A DNA stretch of 62,507 nucleotides, the filler included, from Nemertoderma westbladi (taxonomy: Eukaryota > Animalia > Xenacoelomorpha): the NCBI GenBank assembly GCA_032718475.1. It is 3 parts of 3 records of this genome, joined end to end, with 100 filler letters (N's around TTAATTAATTAA, not from the genome) between each part and the next. Parts side by side here need not be neighbours in the genome. Positions count along the whole stretch, not along the records: positions 48,127 to 62,507 come from JAUCBJ010002097.1; 2 more parts are not named here. One strand, 5' to 3'. A model generated the notes under the pieces. It was not told the origin of the DNA. It was given only the letters and a program-made list of their open reading frames with translations, and did not search any database. The first letter of the stretch is position 1; each line of letters starts with the position of its first letter. The translations under genes and the position numbers were made by a program. Positions 60,201-62,507 of this stretch are shown here, in pieces.

Positions 60201-61342
60201 AGTCCAATCGGTTCCTCGACTGGTGTACCAAGCGGTTCCGGGACGCGCACACCCGTCGGTTGGTCCCGGAGGACCCCCGCTCGGCGGAGTTCGCCTTCCG
60301 GGAGACGCGTTACCTCGGGAACGCGGCCGTGCGACGGGAGTGTCGGGCCGACCTACGGAGGGCCCCCATATCGCAGCTGTCCTGCAACCAGTTCCGCTGT
60401 CGGACTCGTAACGTCGCCGCTAAGCTCAGCTTCCATCCCTACAACGACACTCTCGCGGTGGTCGACGGCTCCAGCATCGTCTTCTACGACTGGCAGCTCG
60501 GGAACTGCGTCAACCAGATCGATAATCGGCATCTCCCGGGGGCCTTCCTCACGGACTTCGCGTTGATTAACACGCACGAGTCGGACGCGATGGTGCTGAC
60601 CGCAGCGAGCGACGGGGGTGTCCGGGTCTGGGACGGCGGCGGTCGGGGATTGGTCGCTGCTTGGCAACCGTTCCCGGGGCGCGCGGAGTCTGCGCGTCTG
60701 CGTCTCGCGTGGGACCAGTCCACCTGCGTGCTGGTCGTGGGCGGGGTCGGGCGCACGATACGGGCTTTCGACGCTCGGACCGAGTCGTTGCGGTGCGAGT
60801 TCCCGGCCGGTTGCGACGCGCCGCTGTCCGCGTTGGTCGGCGACTTCGAGGGTCGGGGTCTCGTAGTCGCGGGTTACGCGGACGGGACCGCCAAGGCCTA
60901 CGACTTCCGGGTCTCGTCCGCCTCCATGAAGACGACAACTCTAGGGGAGCACAAGTCTGGGTTGATAAACGTTCATCTACAACGAGCTACCGGGGACGGT
61001 AAGGTGCTGACGGCCTCCGAGGACGGCGATATTAAGTTATGGGATCCGCGGTTCTCCGAATCCGTTAGGACGATGCGACTCGGGGAGTCGCTCTCGGCAT
61101 TCGAGGCGCACCCCCGCACGGAGATCTTCGCGGTGGGATCCACGACCAACCGACACATAGAGGTGTACAACCTCGCCGGGGATCGCCTCAATCAGCTGCG
61201 TTTCTACGACGACTTCGTGGGTCAGCGTATCGGCGCGGTTTGTTCTCTCGGGTTCCATCCCTACCGAGTGATGCTCGCCAGTGGGACAGCCGATTCTTAT
61301 GTTTCCATTTACTCTCTAGAGAAGGAACGACGCGATAGGTAA
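57212..61342 (+). CDS. RPTOR: Regulatory-associated protein of mTOR (Raptor/KOG1), single coding exon
   Basis: 1376-aa ORF with the Raptor N-terminal conserved domain ([77 protein letters not shown]), HEAT/ARM repeats, RKMFDRGP and C-terminal WD40 repeats. Confidence 0.99.
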   Translation: [1376 protein letters not shown]

Positions 61343-61944
61343 CGTTAACTCGAGACGGAGTCATTCTTTTATTTCGCCAAATCCATTCAGTGACAATTAA
61401 ATCAGAAACGATATCAACTTATTATTTTAGATTTACCGACACCTCAAAATTTATTTTTTCATAATTTTAATAGTTGAGATTCTTTTTTTTTATTCCAAAA
61501 TTTCAACATTAATAAATTAATTTTAGTTAATACCGTGACTATGTAATGTACTACTACTAGGTCGAGCGAGCTCGGACAACGGATTTCCACTGTCCGAGCT
61601 GTCTAATGTAATCATTATGTCGGCAGAACATTAAATTCACGCCGCGCCCTTACAATTATAGTCTGCCTGGACTACACACCATAACCAAACATTAATCTAA
61701 TCTAAACATTAAACACTAACCAAATATTAATAATTTAAAATTAATTCATTTGTTAGATATTTGTAACTGCCGCTACTAAATAACTTTTTCGTGCGTTTAA
61801 GGTGGTTTAGTACAACCCTTTTCTATTTTGATGCATTATCGGTTCATGAAAGGAGTTCCACCAGAGATATTCAACCTTTTAATGAATAATATAATAAAAT
61901 ATTACAAATTTAATATGCAATATGTCATGCATTTGTTTTATGTG

Positions 61945-62102
61945 TTAAAATTTTGGAATAAACCCTCACACATACTGTACTTTGCTGCAAAGTATTTTAC
62001 AATGTTCTGATCCTCGTGGTTTTAAATGCACTCACTCACTACGCTCGTTGGATCATCACACTGTAAAGTGTTAATTTAAGTAAATAGTATGTAAATAGTT
62101 TA
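61945..62102 (-). mobile_element. 5' hairpin portion of family B element, inverted copy
   Basis: Reverse complement resembles 5347-5520 (GGATCATCACACTGTAAAGTG, CTGATCCTCGTGG, GTATGTAAATAGTT, TTTTGGAATAAA). Confidence 0.65.
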
Positions 62103-62507
62103 TGACAAGTAATTATTGTTAACCGGAATTGTAAAGTAATTAATATGAAGTCCCAGTGTTGCTGCTATCTAACTCAGAGCTGCTAAAGTTTGGAATATTA
62201 TAATATGTTTATTTCGTCTCCTTAGAGAATGAGGTCCAGGTATGGTATTGATTTATGGGTTAATTGTTGGTCGTGGTGGTATTGTATGTAGTACCGGTAT
62301 AGTGTGAACGGTATAGAGAGACAAACTCAATATTACTTCTTTCGACAGTGATTATTTTTAGTTATTTTGTATGAGATTATTTTAGATTATTATAGCTATG
62401 TACATTTATGATGCCAGTTTAATTTAGTCATTTAGTTTACTGTAAAAGCTTTTGTGGGATAACTGATACGTTTGCCTTTGCTGGCCAGTTCCCCCCCAGG
62501 CGCTGGA

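Noticed and set aside
57378-61258. Many overlapping and antisense ORFs within Raptor
   Set aside because: Expected shadow ORFs of a GC-rich CDS; no recognisable domains.
61571-61602. Hairpin AGCTCGGACA...TGTCCGAGCT downstream of Raptor as an ncRNA or SECIS element
   Set aside because: A single 10-bp stem with no diagnostic motif; Raptor has no in-frame TGA.

Overview
Repeat-rich, AT-rich eukaryotic genomic DNA, most likely from an invertebrate animal; the species cannot be determined from this window. It consists of three contigs joined by 100-nt N spacers carrying a TTAATTAATTAA linker. There are four host genes, each with an uninterrupted coding sequence: RPS2/uS5 (minus strand), a TRAF-family gene with an altered RING and truncated MATH domain, a two-finger C2H2 protein, and a full-length 1376-aa Raptor (RPTOR). 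The rest is nested transposons: an internally deleted Gypsy (Mag-like) LTR element with intact TSD; three copies of an RTE-type LINE; a tRNA/Nin-domain SINE; a BEL/Pao-like LTR family (two 3' ends and one solo LTR) carrying an unusual 591-aa zinc-knuckle ORF just before the 3' LTR; hairpin (Crypton-like), Helentron/HINE, IS3EU-like, Harbinger-like and other TIR elements. There is also a 15.8-kb array of about 750 copies of a 21-bp unit and an inverted ~170-bp satellite. The best leads are the extra zinc-knuckle ORF of the LTR family, the absence of coding introns in normally intron-rich genes, and the 21-bp array's heptad reading frame. TE family names come from structural hallmarks read by eye, not from database searches.
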